NCBI GenBank assembly: GCA_951406725.2
Contig: OX597830.1
Coordinates: 57,784,001-57,848,000, forward strand
Direction of reading: 5' to 3'
From: Octopus vulgaris
Lineage: Eukaryota
DNA: 64,000 nt
Shown: positions 12,657 through 26,116 of the stretch, one piece after another
Position numbering within the stretch: the stretch's first letter is position 1
How the letters are laid out: each line of letters starts with the position of its first letter
Made by a program: the position numbers and the translations under genes
The notes under the pieces: generated by a model
Databases searched by the model: none
The model's input: the letters and a program-made list of their open reading frames with translations, nothing else
Told to the model about the DNA's origin: nothing

Positions 12657-12864
12657 TATATATACTTTCATATGTATATTTGTGTGTGTGTGTGTGTGTG
12701 TGTCTATCATCATCATTATCATATATTGTATATAATAATGCAATACATAACGAACTAATTAGGGTGGTGAGCTGATAGAATTGGTACCATTTTGCAGAAG
12801 TGCTCAAGAAGACCCTAACCCCACAGCTGAAGAGTCAAGACCGGTCCTTCTGATAGCGTAAAGC

Positions 12865-13050
12865 AGTCATGTGGTGCCACATAAAAGTGCCCATCAGGTG
12901 CCACGTAGAAGCACCCAGTGCCACTCTGTAAAGTGGTTGGCATTAGGAAGGGCATCAAGCCGTAGAAACCCTGCCAAATCAGACGACTGGGGCCTGGTGC
13001 AGCTCTGGTCAAACTGTCCAACCCTGGCCAGCATGGACAAGAGATGTTAA
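12865..13050 (+). mobile_element. Family C retroposon
   Basis: GTGGTTGGCATTAGGAAGGGCATC..GTAGAAACC..CCAGCATGGA. Confidence 0.75.
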
Positions 13051-13272
13051 GTGATGATGGGGATGATGATGATGATGAAGATGAGGATGATGATGAAGAT
13101 GAGGATGATGATGAAGATGAGGATGATGATGAAGATGAGGATGATGATGAAGATGAGAATGATGATGAAGATGAGGATGATGATGATGAGGATGAAGATG
13201 ATGATGATAAGGATGATGATGATGATGTTGAGGAGGAGGAGGATGCTGATGATGATAAAAATGATGATGATG
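13051..13272. repeat. Expanded (GAT/GAA/GAG)n repeat with an 18-bp higher-order unit
   Basis: GATGAAGATGAGGATGAT reiterated; directly continues the (GAT)n tail of the family C element. Confidence 0.9.
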
Positions 13273-13521
13273 GTGTTGGAAAAGATGCTTAGTGGCATTT
13301 CTTCTGACTTTACATTCTGCGCTCAAAATCCTTTACCTTTCATCCTTTCAAGATCGATTAAATAGATACCAGCTGAGTACTGGGGAGTTACACCCGCCAC
13401 CAAAATTGCTGGCCTTGTGCCAGAATTTGAAACCAGTATGTAATGAGTCAATCTAGGGAGTATCAAGATTTAATACAGCAACCAAACCAATGAAAAGCAT
13501 TACATATGATGAGGTAGCATT

Positions 13522-13637
13522 TAATAAACCAACAATATATAACAGGGTACCTTATAATAAACCAACAATATATAACAGGGTACCTTATAATAAACCAACA
13601 ATATATAACAGGGTACCTTATAATAAACCAACAATAT
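13522..13637. repeat. 33-bp perfect tandem repeat, 3.5 copies
   Basis: TAATAAACCAACAATATATAACAGGGTACCTTA starting at 13522, 13555, 13588, partial at 13621. Confidence 0.95.
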
Positions 13638-15029
13638 GTATTTAAAAGAAAATAAACATGGTTTGGTTAGAGGAAGAAAAGTAGCATTTATGACCTTTTT
13701 GAGGGTTTATAAAGACCAGTTGAAAGATGTTATCTTTAGACTGGAGACTTAGTCTGAATGCTTCCAAGAAAGTGTTCTCTACTAATGGCATCCAAGGATA
13801 AGGTGATGTTAGACCAAATAAATGATTAAATCTATCACTCGGGAAAAGATTAAATCTTCACCCAGTTTCCATCTATCAAATTTCACTCACAAGGCCTCGG
13901 TAGACCAAAGCTTTGCTAGATCTTTGTCCAAGGAGCCACAACATGCAATTGAACTTGAAACCACATAATTCCAAAGACCTCACCCTCATCACACAACAAC
14001 ACTTCCATACATTATATGTAACATCCTTGTAGAACAATCTGTATTAGTTTGCAGTATGGGAGACTGTAGTGTATTAGGTTGTAGTATGGCATCCCCCCAC
14101 CAAACCCAGACAAACAAACAAAAACAAAAAAAATTCATCTACTGCTGGAAAACTATGTTTTGCAATGAACCTATGTAATAAAGCTCATAATTGCTGCATC
14201 ACTGGTCAGTTGGTAATGGAGGCCCAAACATGCCTGGTTAACTCTATTGATCACTTTTGCTACAACATCAAACCTCTTTTGGCATATTATGTTCCATGGT
14301 CTACTTTGGAATTGATCCAAATCCAGGCAATATATTTTGGTATCAACATATCAAATGAAATAGTTAATCTCCTCTGCCGAAATATTTATCTTTTTAATTT
14401 CTTTGCTTTATAAAACCATCAAGGTAAAAAAAAAAAGCTGATAGAGAAATGTATGTAAAAAGAATACTTCAAATTATGAAGGCATGTTAGGACTGACAAA
14501 ATGATTTAATAAACACTCTGAGGTTACTATAATCTGATTATGGCATACTTTATATTGCTCTTGGCCAAATGGTTAAGAAGTTTGCTTTTCAATCATGAGG
14601 TTTCAGGTTCAATCCCATTGTGTGGCATCTTGGGCAAAGCTCTCTATCATAGCTTTGGTTCTACCAAAGTTAAGTGGAATTGAGTAAATGGAAATTGTTT
14701 GGAAGCCTGTGAGATGGATTGTATTAGCAATTCAAAATTCAGTCTTGTCACCCTGAGTTGTGCTGATTCTGACTGAAGATTATGTTAAGGGGACATGAGT
14801 CTGTGGAATACTCAAGCACCTATGTGCTCATTCAGTTGATTAAATAATTGAAGCTGTTTTGACAAAAGAGACAGAGATCCATTTTAAATACTTTGGTTGT
14901 AGCAACACAGTTGGGTGACTTTACAATGGCTACATTTTGACAATGGATAAAGAATACAGTGCAGCAGTGTTCTAGCAATACAAAATAGAAACAGCAGCAG
15001 TAACAAACACATAACGAACCAACAATCAA

Positions 15030-15256
15030 TACCTGTTTCCTTATTACCCACAAAGGGTTAAACATAGAGGGGACAGACAAAGGGATTAAGTCGATTACAT
15101 CGACCCCAGTGCATAAATGGTACTTATTTAATCAACCCTGAAAGGATGAAAGGCAAAGTTGACCTTGGTGGAATTTGAACTTAGAATGTAATGGCAGACA
15201 AAATACCACTAAGTATTTTCACCCGGCATACTAACAATTCTGTCAGCTCGCTACCC
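15030..15256 (-). mobile_element. Family A SINE
   Basis: Reverse complement of the family A core; tail matches the 4380-4430 variant. Confidence 0.8.
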
Positions 15257-15952
15257 TCCAACAATTAGAATTGTAAACTGAACCTGGACTTTGTAGACCA
15301 AACTATGAACTGCCAACTATGTCAGACCACTACTATTTATATGTGATGGTCCCATCTATTCTCATCAGGGGGCATCGTAACTCTTGCCACAACAGTTGAT
15401 CTATCCACAGAGAAATTATGTAGTGAAAAATGTTAGAGAATCATGATTTTCTATGATTTGAGGAAAATTTTCTTTCTATAAAAACTAATGCCAGGTAAGA
15501 CTGGTTTCAATTACTTTGAATGATGAAACATTAAAATATGGTTATTAGCACTGGTGCTGGTGTTAGATTAAGGGCACTCTGTACACCCTGTGGAGAGTTT
15601 GGTATTAGGAAGGGCATCCAACTGTAGAAACCATGTCAAAATGGACTATGGAACCGGGTGTGGCTCCTGGCCTTACCAGCTCCTGTCAAAGCGTCCAACC
15701 CATGCTGACATGGAAAATGGACTTTAGATGATGATGATGATGATGATGATAGTTTCAATTCTGGTAAGGATGATTGTAATAACACTATTTGCCATACAAA
15801 GTTTTGGAAATTAATTGAGATCAACTTATACCTTGTCCTTAACTTATGACTAAGTTCCATTCCGACTGACCGTGGTTCGCCATACCTCAGTCAAATTGGC
15901 TGACCCATGGAAAGCAGATGTTAAACGATGATGATGATTATATATATATATA

Positions 15953-16295
15953 TGGGGCACTGGTTGGAGTGCCAGGCTCACAATCATGAGATAGCAAGTT
16001 CAATTCCAGGACGTGGCTGTATGTTTGTTCTTGAGCAAGACACTTTATTTCACATTGCTCCAGTTCACTTATCTGTAGAAATGAGTTGCGACGTCACAGG
16101 TGTCAAGCTGTATCGGCCCCTTTGCCTTTCCCTTGGATAACACTGGTGGTGTGGAGAGCAGAGGCCGGTATGCATGGGCGACTGCTGGTCTTCCATAAAC
16201 AACCTTGCCCAGACTTGTGCCTCAGAGGGTAACTTTGTAGGTGCAATCCCATGGTCATTCATAACTTAAAGGAGGAGGTCTTTACCTGTTACCCT
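15953..16295 (+). mobile_element. tRNA-headed SINE (family D2)
   Basis: AGTTCAATTCC B box, TTCTTGAGCAAGACACTTT..TTGCTCCAGTTCACT core; clear paralog at 41735-42075. Confidence 0.8.
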
Positions 16296-16296
16296 T

Positions 16297-16322
<26 letters not shown>

Positions 16323-16327
<5 letters not shown>

Positions 16328-17431
16328 TATTATAAAAGGCAGATTTTATCTGCCTCCCTTTGTCTCTTATAGAAATCTACAATATAGGATTTCTTCAATT
16401 ACAATTTACCTAGCATTTTTAAGAGTAGAATAAATCGGGTCGTGCCAGATCCAGTTTTTAAAATTTCAACCCCAATTAAGCAAAATTTAGAGAAAACTCA
16501 CATTGTGGTGTGTAAGTCAAGTGCTTTTCTTAGTGTGGGCTACAGCACACGCACACACACACACAAAAACGGAGCGATCTGCTTCACTCACGCTATCACT
16601 CTAATTTCTACTCCTTTCTCTTTGCAAGTGTGCAACGATTAAAGTGAAACTATTTCTATAAAACGAGAGAAGTGTACCTTAAACCACTACTAAAAAAGAA
16701 AAAAAACACAGCAAACAGAAACAAATAAATACGTAACGATTTACTCCTCACACAATTTCTTCAATTAGACTTTACCTATGATTTTTCAAAGTACTTCATT
16801 TCGGTCATGCCATACAAAATTTCTTTCAATTTCACCTCCAATTAAGACAAAATTTGAGAAAACTCAATATCTTAACATTTCACTCCGAAAGCATTGATGT
16901 ACATGTGTGCGTGCGTGAGTGTGTGTGTGTCATTCCTCACACACACGCATACACATACATATATGACAGTGACAAACACAAACGTTTCAAACAACTACAT
17001 ACAAACACGTGTGTGTTTGTTATTAGTAAAAAAGGCGCCAAACACAACTCACTTCTCATTCCAACACATTTGCAAAAACACACCGACGGTCGAATTGCTA
17101 TAACAATACAGAAAAGGTAAATTGGTTTCTAATTTACTTTCTGTCGTTAAATTTTGGTAGTATTAATTGGCGAGCCGAGCTTCTTTCAGTATATATTTAT
17201 ACATACATAAATATATACACATATTCTGTATATATTTTATTATATAATATTATATATAGATATATGTATATATAATTGCAGTATGAAACAGTGTTTATGT
17301 ATAAACAGACGACACTTTTAAAAGAAAAACCAAAAAATATTTTATTCTTTATAAATATTGTGTTCAAAATAACATTTTCTTTTAAGAATGTGTATATAAC
17401 AAAGTATGTGTATATAACTACGTGGCTTATA
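16323..17431 (+). mobile_element. Probable Helitron 5' portion with diverged internal duplication
   Basis: A|TCTCTTATTATAAAAGGCAG start resembles Helitron 5' ends; 16388-16500 is duplicated at 16756-16866; no own 3' CTAG end seen. Confidence 0.45.
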
Positions 17432-17829
17432 TCTTTATATATAAAAGTGAAGTTGTGTGTCTGTCTCCTACGATTTAGATTCCTAACTACTTCCACATTT
17501 TGCGGTGCAGTTTAACCAAAAGCGGGTATCTTATAGTCGTGATTCATATTGAGCCCTTCTGGGTATTAGCGCGCGTCTACGATTAGTCTACGATTTAAAA
17601 AAAATTTACCATCATATTTTTCCATTTTAATGCATTTTTTTCGCTATTATATAAGGGAAGTAACTCTCTAAAAATATCTACGATGTGTCAACGATTTAAA
17701 AAAAAATTTACCTTAATTTTTTTTCCATTTTTAATGCATTTTTTTGCTATTTTTTGGCTATAACTCTCTAAAAATGCTTATATAGTTATTTCCCTTACAA
17801 ACCCGAGCAACGCCGGGCGATACTGCTAG
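17432..17829 (+). mobile_element. Non-autonomous Helitron
   Basis: A|TCTTTATATATAAAAG start; 3' hairpin CCCGAGCAACGCCGGG, then CGATACTGCTAG|T; AT insertion site without TSD. Confidence 0.88.
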
Positions 17830-17841
17830 TCTTTATATATA

Positions 17842-17990
17842 GGCAGTGGGATGGCTCTGAGGTTAAGAAGTTTGCTTTTCAACCACATGGTTTCACATTC
17901 AGTCCCACTGTATGGCACCTTGGTCAAGGGTCTTCTACCATAGCCCTGGGCTGATCAAAACCTTGTGAGTGGATTTGAAAGAAAGCCCAT
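17842..17990 (+). mobile_element. Family B SINE head
   Basis: GGTTAAGAAGTTTGCTTTTCAACCACATGG..TCAGTCCCACTGTATGGCACCTTGG. Confidence 0.75.
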
Positions 17991-18024
17991 CATATCTGTG
18001 TGTGTGTGTATGTGAGTGTGCATG

Positions 18025-18099
<75 letters not shown>

Positions 18100-18458
18100 G
18101 TGTGTGTGTGTGTGTTTGTACACTGGTGTCTCCTTGTTTTGACACCACATGATGGTTGTAAATGATGTCAAGCAGTGTCATTCATTTCCAATGTTCAGCA
18201 AAAACATGTCTGGTCATGGAGAAATATTAATTGGCTTAGAAACAGATGAGGGATGGCTTCAGTGAGTCTGTTTGACCTGGAAGAGCAGAGGTTAAAATGA
18301 TGATCATGATAATGATGGTGTTGAATATGAATCAAGGAACAAGTTTTGGAGCTCTGTGTCTTTTTAATAGTATGGATAGAAAGCTATTGAGAAATTGTTG
18401 CTGAGATTAAAAAATTACTATTTTTAAATCTCACAAGAGATATTCAGCAACAATACTT

Positions 18459-18841
18459 TGGAGTAAAGATTGTTTGCCAACATAACATGGCAGTCCTGGT
18501 TTAGGACGAATGTTGCTGTAATTTAGCCCCAGGAGACATTGTCTCCAGCTGGCAATACAACACGATCTGTGTCCTTATATTTTCAAACAAGGGAATCTAG
18601 CACCCCCTCTCAGCTCAAAACGATATTTGTGTAAAGCAATTTCCGGGTTATTTCATCAGCACAGAATAATTGTTTGGCTAGAGCTGAGTGGCGGGTCCTA
18701 GATTCCCTTGTTTGAAAATATAAGGACCCAGATCATGTCGTATAGCCAGCTGGAGACAATGTCTCCTGGGGCTAAAATTACAGCAACATTCGTCCTAAAC
18801 CAGGACTGCCATGTTATGTTGGCAAATAATCTTTTACTCCA
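18459..18841. mobile_element. Foldback/MITE with ~160-bp inverted arms
   Basis: 18459-18616 is the near-perfect reverse complement of 18681-18841; 64-bp spacer; left-end sequence recurs at ~50349-50405. Confidence 0.85.
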
Positions 18842-19544
18842 GTTGCTGAGATGTTGAAATCTTTAAAATGAGTTGATAGTCATGAAGCTGATCAGCTACA
18901 AAAAAAAATCCAGCAGCCATAGGAGCCTGGACATTATCAATTGGGGGAACAGGTGAGACAGGGGGATATTAAGGTGATTCTCTGAAGACAGAGGGAACAA
19001 GAAGAAATAGACGAGATAAAAGATGGAGACAACAATTGAACCCACCCTGTCACCCACTCCTTTGTAAAAGAAAGTTGAAGATGACAGCAGAAATAAAGTA
19101 GTAGTAGTAGTAAAAAATGTTGATGATGATGATGATGTTGGTGGTATATAAGGAAACAAAAATGGAAAAGGACAAGACTTAGAAAAAAGAAAAAAACGAT
19201 AAACTATTTTAATTTCAGGTTACAGCAAAGTATTTCAAGGAAACTAGCTCTAAATCTTTTTCTTTCACTTTTATTCTACAAATTATTATTATTTTTTTTT
19301 TGTTTTCCTTCTTTTATTTTCTTAGATAATCCCCCAAAATGAGAAAACGTAAAAACGTTAAATCACGGTGTTTGAATGAACCGAAATATTTGCAGATTAA
19401 GTTCCTATCCCTTATCACTAATCTGCTGCAGAATAGTCATTAATACTTTTTTTCGAGATACGTGTTTTTTTCTTCTTCTCCCATCATTCTTACAGTGTGT
19501 TCGTGTAGAGGCGAGTGTCGTGTCAAGCAAGTGCCTGGTGCTCC

Positions 19545-19552
19545 TATATAAA
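19545..19552 (+). promoter_or_regulatory. TATA box of the spire-like gene
   Basis: CC-TATATAAA-GCCCCG in CpG-rich context, 78 and 123 nt upstream of two in-frame ATGs. Confidence 0.7.
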
Positions 19553-19667
19553 GCCCCGCATCTAACCATTGTCTCTCTCTCTCTCTCTGCTTTGCTGCTG
19601 ATTCTCGGTTGGTGGCGCGGTTATGTCCCTTCGCTGCCAGCGTCTCTCTGCCAGACACGGTTCGGTC

Positions 19668-19998
19668 ATGGCAGCGAACTGCGCCGCGGACGACGGATCC
19701 GACGAAGAGTCGACCACGAAAAGCCACAACAACCAGAATCATATATCTTTGGCAAGAGTTTTAAAGATATTCACTAGCTCCATTAGCGAAGAACAGGCTT
19801 GGGCTATATGTAACCAGTGTAGTAAATATTTCTTAAATACAAATTCCAAGCACAATGGTTATCGGATTCTGACCAAGCATCGCCTCGACGGTCTCCACAT
19901 CCAAAAAGACGGCGAAGTCGTCATTAAAAGCCCCCAATTAAGCAGAAGGAAAGAGGATAATTATAGCCATACACCAGAGGAACATATCTCAGAAAGTG
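19668..19998 (+). CDS. spire: First coding exon of a KIND-domain protein, most likely the actin nucleator Spire
   Basis: MAANCAADDGSDEES..ISLARVLKIFTSSISEEQAWAICNQC..LHIQKDGEV matches the Spire KIND start (LSLxEIL..PINEEQAWAxCxQC); GTCATGG Kozak context; donor G|GTAATG at 19999, phase 1; upstream in-frame ATG at 19623. Confidence 0.85.
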
Positions 19999-22900
19999 GT
20001 AATGTTGTTTTTCTATTTTATTTCTCTCTCTTTGAATTCTTTTCAGTAATTATTAAATACAGGAGACTTGGTTATTAAAAACCAATTCTCTGTGTTTTTC
20101 CCGAACCTCACAAAACACAACACAAAACACCTCAGACACAACACAAAACACCTGCTGCATCTCTCCTCGCTTCCTTAAAAAACAAACAGCATCTCAACCA
20201 CACACACACACATGGTGCTACAAAGAATTACGGTGAAATAATTGAGGTTTTCTCTTTCGTCTCACTTATTTTTTAGGTTTCTAATTAATTAACTCCGCAT
20301 CCACTCCTTTCAACATTAACGAATGTTTTTCCTTCCTAATTACTTCTTTATCGTAGTTTAAGGTCACCGAATGCTTACATTACAACACTTAAATATCCAA
20401 TAAGTTGCTCCTCTTTTCATGTCTTCCTTAATTTTTCTTTTAATGTTGACGACGCAATTTAAATACAATTTAGAATTGCATTTAAAAAAAAAAAAAAATG
20501 ATTCGAAGAATTTACTTGTTTGGTTTGAATTTTTATTGCAGTCATCCTGTCTCCTTGTCTTTTGACTTGTTTTTCTCTTCTCTCCAATATTAAACCTTGC
20601 AAACAGTTCTTTGCTGACCGCTGCAGGTTGTTCACCTCATTTCACATTTGGCTTTGGTCCATTCATTAGGAGAGGAGGAAAAACTTGTTGCATTTTTTTT
20701 GGGGGGGGGGGGGAAAGAATCTCTCCGTTTTTTCCCTCTCAATTTATTTTAACAGAACTGAACATTTCTGTGTTTTCTTTAGGCAACTGCCTTTTTTTTT
20801 TGTTAACTCCCGAGAACTTGCAAATAGTTTTTTTTAGTTTATTTGTGAGGTTTGTTTTTTGTAGATTCATAACAATACTTATTTGGTATAAACCAAAGCA
20901 TTCTACTCGGACAAATTCTAAAACTATATTTAACAAATACAACAAAACAAAACTATTAAATCAGCAAAGTTAAATTTTTATATTTAATTGTTCATGTTCC
21001 TCACTGGAAACTAATTTAGAGCTTAACTTTAATTGGAAATGAAATTTTGAATGAATGAATCGGTTGTACTCTTCCGTTTCTATCCAATCTGTAATTTCCT
21101 ATAAAGCAATTAACGATACAATTGATGTCCTAGTCTGCCTCACCGAGTACAAACATCTATTTTCCTCTTGTCGCACCATCCTCTCCTATTAATTAATTAA
21201 TTCTATTTAACGTTGCTTTCTTTTATTACATTAATCCAACCGGCTTCTTGTTCAGTTGGTCCCAACAGTCTCCACTTGAATTTGTATTCGATAAAATAGA
21301 ATTATATTTGCTATTCGGTGGAAGCTGCGCTGATATTTTCAACCAAAGAAGCTATTTATAGATTTATTTTACTTGTAAATACACTTTCTAATGTAACCTA
21401 AGCTGAAATGCTTTAGTATCGACTACCAAAACATCAACGCAATAATTGTTTTAGTAAAACCTGTCATTCGCTTCTTCTTTCACTCTTTTTATTTTTTTCT
21501 CTCTCTCACCTTCGGCTATTTCTTGAATGGATTCAAATATGAGAAGCAGAACATTTAGGATTTCTGCATTTGATTATCTGAATGCACCTTCCCACTCGTT
21601 GTTTACGAAACAAGCCTTGTGTTTATCGTGACTGAAAAATCTGAAATAACTGCTAATTGCTTTGTCAGGTGCTTGGTTACCAGTTAATAAAACAACAAAC
21701 GATGGTGTTTGTTGTGGGAATTACTTCTATTTTTAGTAACCAGATAGTTTTGCTTTTGTAATTTAGTTTTTGCTTCGGTAAGCTTCACCTGTGAACATTT
21801 CATCCCATAAATTGATATAAAGCAGAAAATACGCTCGTCCTGTATTTTCATAAAGTTTATGTATTCAGTGGAGCTGTTAAATTACTTTCACTTTCAAAAA
21901 TAACTTTGTACAGTTGTGTCGGCTTTTATGAAATACATAGAATCTGAATTAAAACTATTTTCAGGAGACTTATAGAAAAATCGGTTAGTATGCTGCGACA
22001 AGTATTTACAATCGATTTGGATCGGCCTTCATTAAAGGACGAAGGCATCTCTGCACCAATATAACTTGATATATATTATTGAACTGGTTTCTTCGATGCA
22101 GATCACTAGTTCCCTTCTGTCCTGGTGCTTGTGTGTGTGTGTGTGTGTGTGTTGTTTCTGTGTAAATATATAAGAATTGCACTGTTCAGTGGGTATTTTC
22201 ATATTTTAAAACGCTAAGGTGTGATTTAAAAGGAATTTGACTGCTATTTCTAGCAAGTCGAGCAGGTGCAAGCTGTGTTTCGGTTATATTTACATATACT
22301 TTCATTAGCATCATTATATATATTATATAACCATGCGTGGGCCAGCGCCTTGGAAACGAACTTTCTAGGTGCTAATACTTGCTCATCCCTAATCTACGCT
22401 AACCCTTAGCTTTAGCTAAATCTTTGAAGATTACAGATGATTTAGCGAAATCAAAGGAGAACTTGAGTCGTGTTTTTGAAATGGTGAGGGTTCATCTCAC
22501 ATTTTTCGTTCAAATTTTACGATTTGTTGTCTATTTTTAATTATCTGTTTTAGAGAAATGGAATTTGCCGAGAATATGATGGTAGAATAGCAATATGACA
22601 TTCAGGACTATACAAACTTGTTTTGTATTGTCTATTCCTTTTCACCTGTTATTGAATTGCACTCTTTGTCTACTGGTGGTAGGAATTCATTTTCTACCTG
22701 TTGAAATTTAATGTATGTAATTATTTTGTATACAATCAGAGGAATTATTGAGTAAATTCAGTGATTTCATTAAAATATAGTCAAACCTGAAATCTTCGGA
22801 ACAATGGTTTTTGTGGATCGGCATTTGAAGTTTGTTTGAAAAATGATGAATGTAACAAATCATTGATTTCATTTGTTAATAAAGAATATTGTGATCATAA

Positions 22901-25900
22901 CTTCTCTATTTTATTTAAATTACACGACCAGGGTGTAAAGTATTGTTTCAGAATGCTTTACACAGTTTCAATTTGGTGTCTGATATTAATAGGAAGTTAA
23001 AACCAATTTTTTTTTTTATCCCTGTTACATTTTTGCTTAATGATACTGAAAATAAAATGTAACCAAGTAAAACTGATTTCAACTCATCACTATCATTTCT
23101 GTTGAATACATTTGTCTTAATAAGTATTAGTCCTATTTTAGTAGTTTGCTCTTGCTGGCCAAATTTCGTAATTCTAAATAATTACTTTGATGTATTTAGC
23201 CTTGACACCATTTCCTTCCCGTCTATAATGTATCAATTGGTATCAATTTGGTGTTTCACTCGAATATTCTAAACATCATTGCTTTACAATAGCTTACTTA
23301 ACTCGTGTGTGAATGAATTCTCTCTCTCAACTGTTCATATTTAATTAATCCCTACGTCTCATCTTAGTAATTAAAGGACATTCCCGCTCTTTCATCGAAA
23401 CACATCATAAGCACTTATTCATTTCGTTGTTAGTTGGAATAGGAAATTTATTTTTAACTGAATTTACCTGTAAACATTATCACATGAAAAGCATGATAAT
23501 GTTTATAACTATATACACACACACGCACATGATCTTCCTTACCTACATACGCATAATTTATTTTTCGTTATTGAGAAATCGTAACTGCTTCGATCTAGCC
23601 AGCCTCTAATCAAAGGTGTTACCAGCTGGAACCATTCACTTTGTTTACATTATCAGGGACCACATCAGTGTTTCCCCTTTTTCTTTTTGTTTTTTGTTAA
23701 GTAGAATGTGATTTGTTCAAGGGTATGCGTGTATGTATGTATGTTACACTAAACATTGTCCATTGTTGTTGATATTTTCATTGATTTTGAGGACTCTGTA
23801 GTGATTGCCCACCACAGACCAGTGTTTTTAGCAATTCTACTTTAAGTGAACTAATTGTTTTAATGAGCAGTTTTAAGTGTATGCCCTCCTTTATCCAGTC
23901 AATCAAAGGTGTCCATTATTAGCTGACCGCCAGTTTAGGCAGTTGTCCTCTTCTCTGCAAGACTGTTATTAAATAAAACTGCAAAGGAAAGAAAATAGAC
24001 TGATTATCAGCAATTATTTTATATTATGATAACTGAAACTTGTTACTGTTGTGTAATTATGGTGCAGTGATAAGATGGAGTGTTAAAAAAAACATACAAA
24101 TGAAATGTATAGAAAAACGTAAAATTGTTATAATTAGAAGAAAATATTCCTGACATAGAATTCAGTCGTCTTCATCTTGAAGCTAAATTGCTTTATTCCT
24201 CCCTTCTTTTTATCGTTTTAAAACAACCCCTCCACTATAATTTATAATTAACATAATCAAGTTTCTACTGCATCATAACACGAGCCAGAAAGTCGCAAAT
24301 ACACAATTTTGTCTTTTCTATGAAGTCAGCTTTATAGTTAACCTGGCATAATTTAGCACTAGCTTGGGGTCCAATTTTAATCTATGTATGTTGTGGCTTG
24401 CTGTCAGTAAGATAAATACTATAGGGCCCGTATCAGTGATTTGAATCGGGATCCTACAATGCTGTCAAGACGGCACTGGCCATAATAGAAATTTGTTTTA
24501 AAAAATAGCTTCCTCAATTTTAACATTTTTAAATGACGTTCAAATGGCTTTTCTTTCTTTATCTTTGTTTATTAAAAAAATTACCATTGTAAATTGTTAT
24601 GAAGTAATTTTTTGACCAGTTATAAAATAGATCTTATTCTTTTCGATACTTCGTGGTATATTCGAGATGAAAGGAAAAATTAACGGGCGCCCTTTGCACC
24701 CAGTCATGATCAGCACGTTTTTCAAGATGCGCAACCTTTAGCCTCTATATTTCTAAAGCCTTAAGTTATATTTAAAAACCTTTGACGCACCTTTTCAGAA
24801 CAATTAGTGTGTGAGAGAGGTTGGGTAGAAACGAAACAATCGCCTTTGTTACAGATTCTTAAGGTACACTAGATTGATGACTGAATTCTTTCGTTTTTTT
24901 TCTTCACTATAATGTACAATTAAATTCTGGCACGTGCAGTTGAATTTTTTTTTGGGGGGGGGACTGTAGACATTATACTGTTTGTGGTTGGACTCTGAAC
25001 AATGGCTAACTCGAATAGTTATTTAATATATCATCGTATTCCAGTCTGCGGACCAACTTTTTGACTGTTGAAATACAATATTTGTTTGTTGTTTAACTTT
25101 AGGTCAGTTCTGATTAGGTATGCATATGATCAGAACGTTCCATTCATGGTCATCTTTATTTCGGCCAATGAATCCAATATGGTGTTGCATTTTGAAGATT
25201 GCAAGGAGTCGCTTGAGAACAATTCAACTGTTATTTCTTGCTTGTCAAGCCACTACATAGCAGCTCCTACTTTGACTCGAACAAAATTTGGTATATGGCA
25301 CGGCTATTCATAAGTGATCCAATTAAAATATTATAGTCATTATTAAATAGATTCATAAATCTCTATATATAATTATACTATATACGGTGTGAAACTGCTA
25401 GTCACAAGTTTAACCTATATTCCATGTTCTTGAGCAAGTGACTTTGCTCTTTGAGGCTCTGATATACTGCCAAGAGTTTAGCAGAAAGTGGAGGGGTGAT
25501 CAGGAGTCAAGACTTCACTTGACAATTTGGTGAATTGTTCATAGTTTATTCTTTAACGTTGATCCGTGAAATCTCTTCGGACCCTTTTATCTATTCTTTA
25601 ACAGGTTAAAGGATCACCGATTTTTGTATTTTTCATTTTGCAGTCTGTAAGATTGTTTTGCTTGTTGGTCGTTTGAATAAACGTGTTTGACTACATCATT
25701 TTTTTGCTCATTTGAACGCAACTAGTTTGCTCCATGTCACACACTGCTAAACTTATTAGGACCAAATGTTGTGCAAAAGTACTTGGGAGAAAAGGATTAA
25801 ACTTGTATTTAACATTAGTTTGGGGGTTAAAATAAAGGATTAATATTTCATTGTGTCAAAATGGAATTCTATATGAATAATCAGTTTATATTCTGGCTCA

Positions 25901-26070
25901 ACAACGGTTTCATTTAAACTTTGACTTTAGAAATATTTTTTCATACACGCATAACATTAATCCAAATTCCTTTAGATAAGCTTTCTTTTATAATACTTGA
26001 TAAATTTTGTTAGAACTTATATTACATTATTTACATTTGACTGATATTTGTCCTCATCTTGTTTGTTGTT

Positions 26071-26116
26071 AACACAACATTTCGGCTGATATACCCTCCA
26101 GCCTTCATCAGGTGTC
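26071..26116 (-). ncRNA. Minimal hammerhead motif, left arm of copy 1
   Basis: Minus strand GACAC-CUGAUGA-A-GGCUG..CAGCC-GAAA-UGUU-GUGUU; C>T change in the stem III palindrome. Confidence 0.6.

Noticed and set aside
13009-13365. Poly-His, poly-Asp/Glu and poly-Met ORFs
   Set aside because: Translations of the expanded (GAT)n tail of a retroposon
13522-13637. CRISPR-like 33-bp repeats
   Set aside because: Units are contiguous with no spacers; eukaryotic context; no cas genes
19376-19777. Overlapping 133-aa (+) and 100-aa (-) ORFs at the spire promoter
   Set aside because: Expected in GC-rich promoter/exon 1 sequence; no domain similarity
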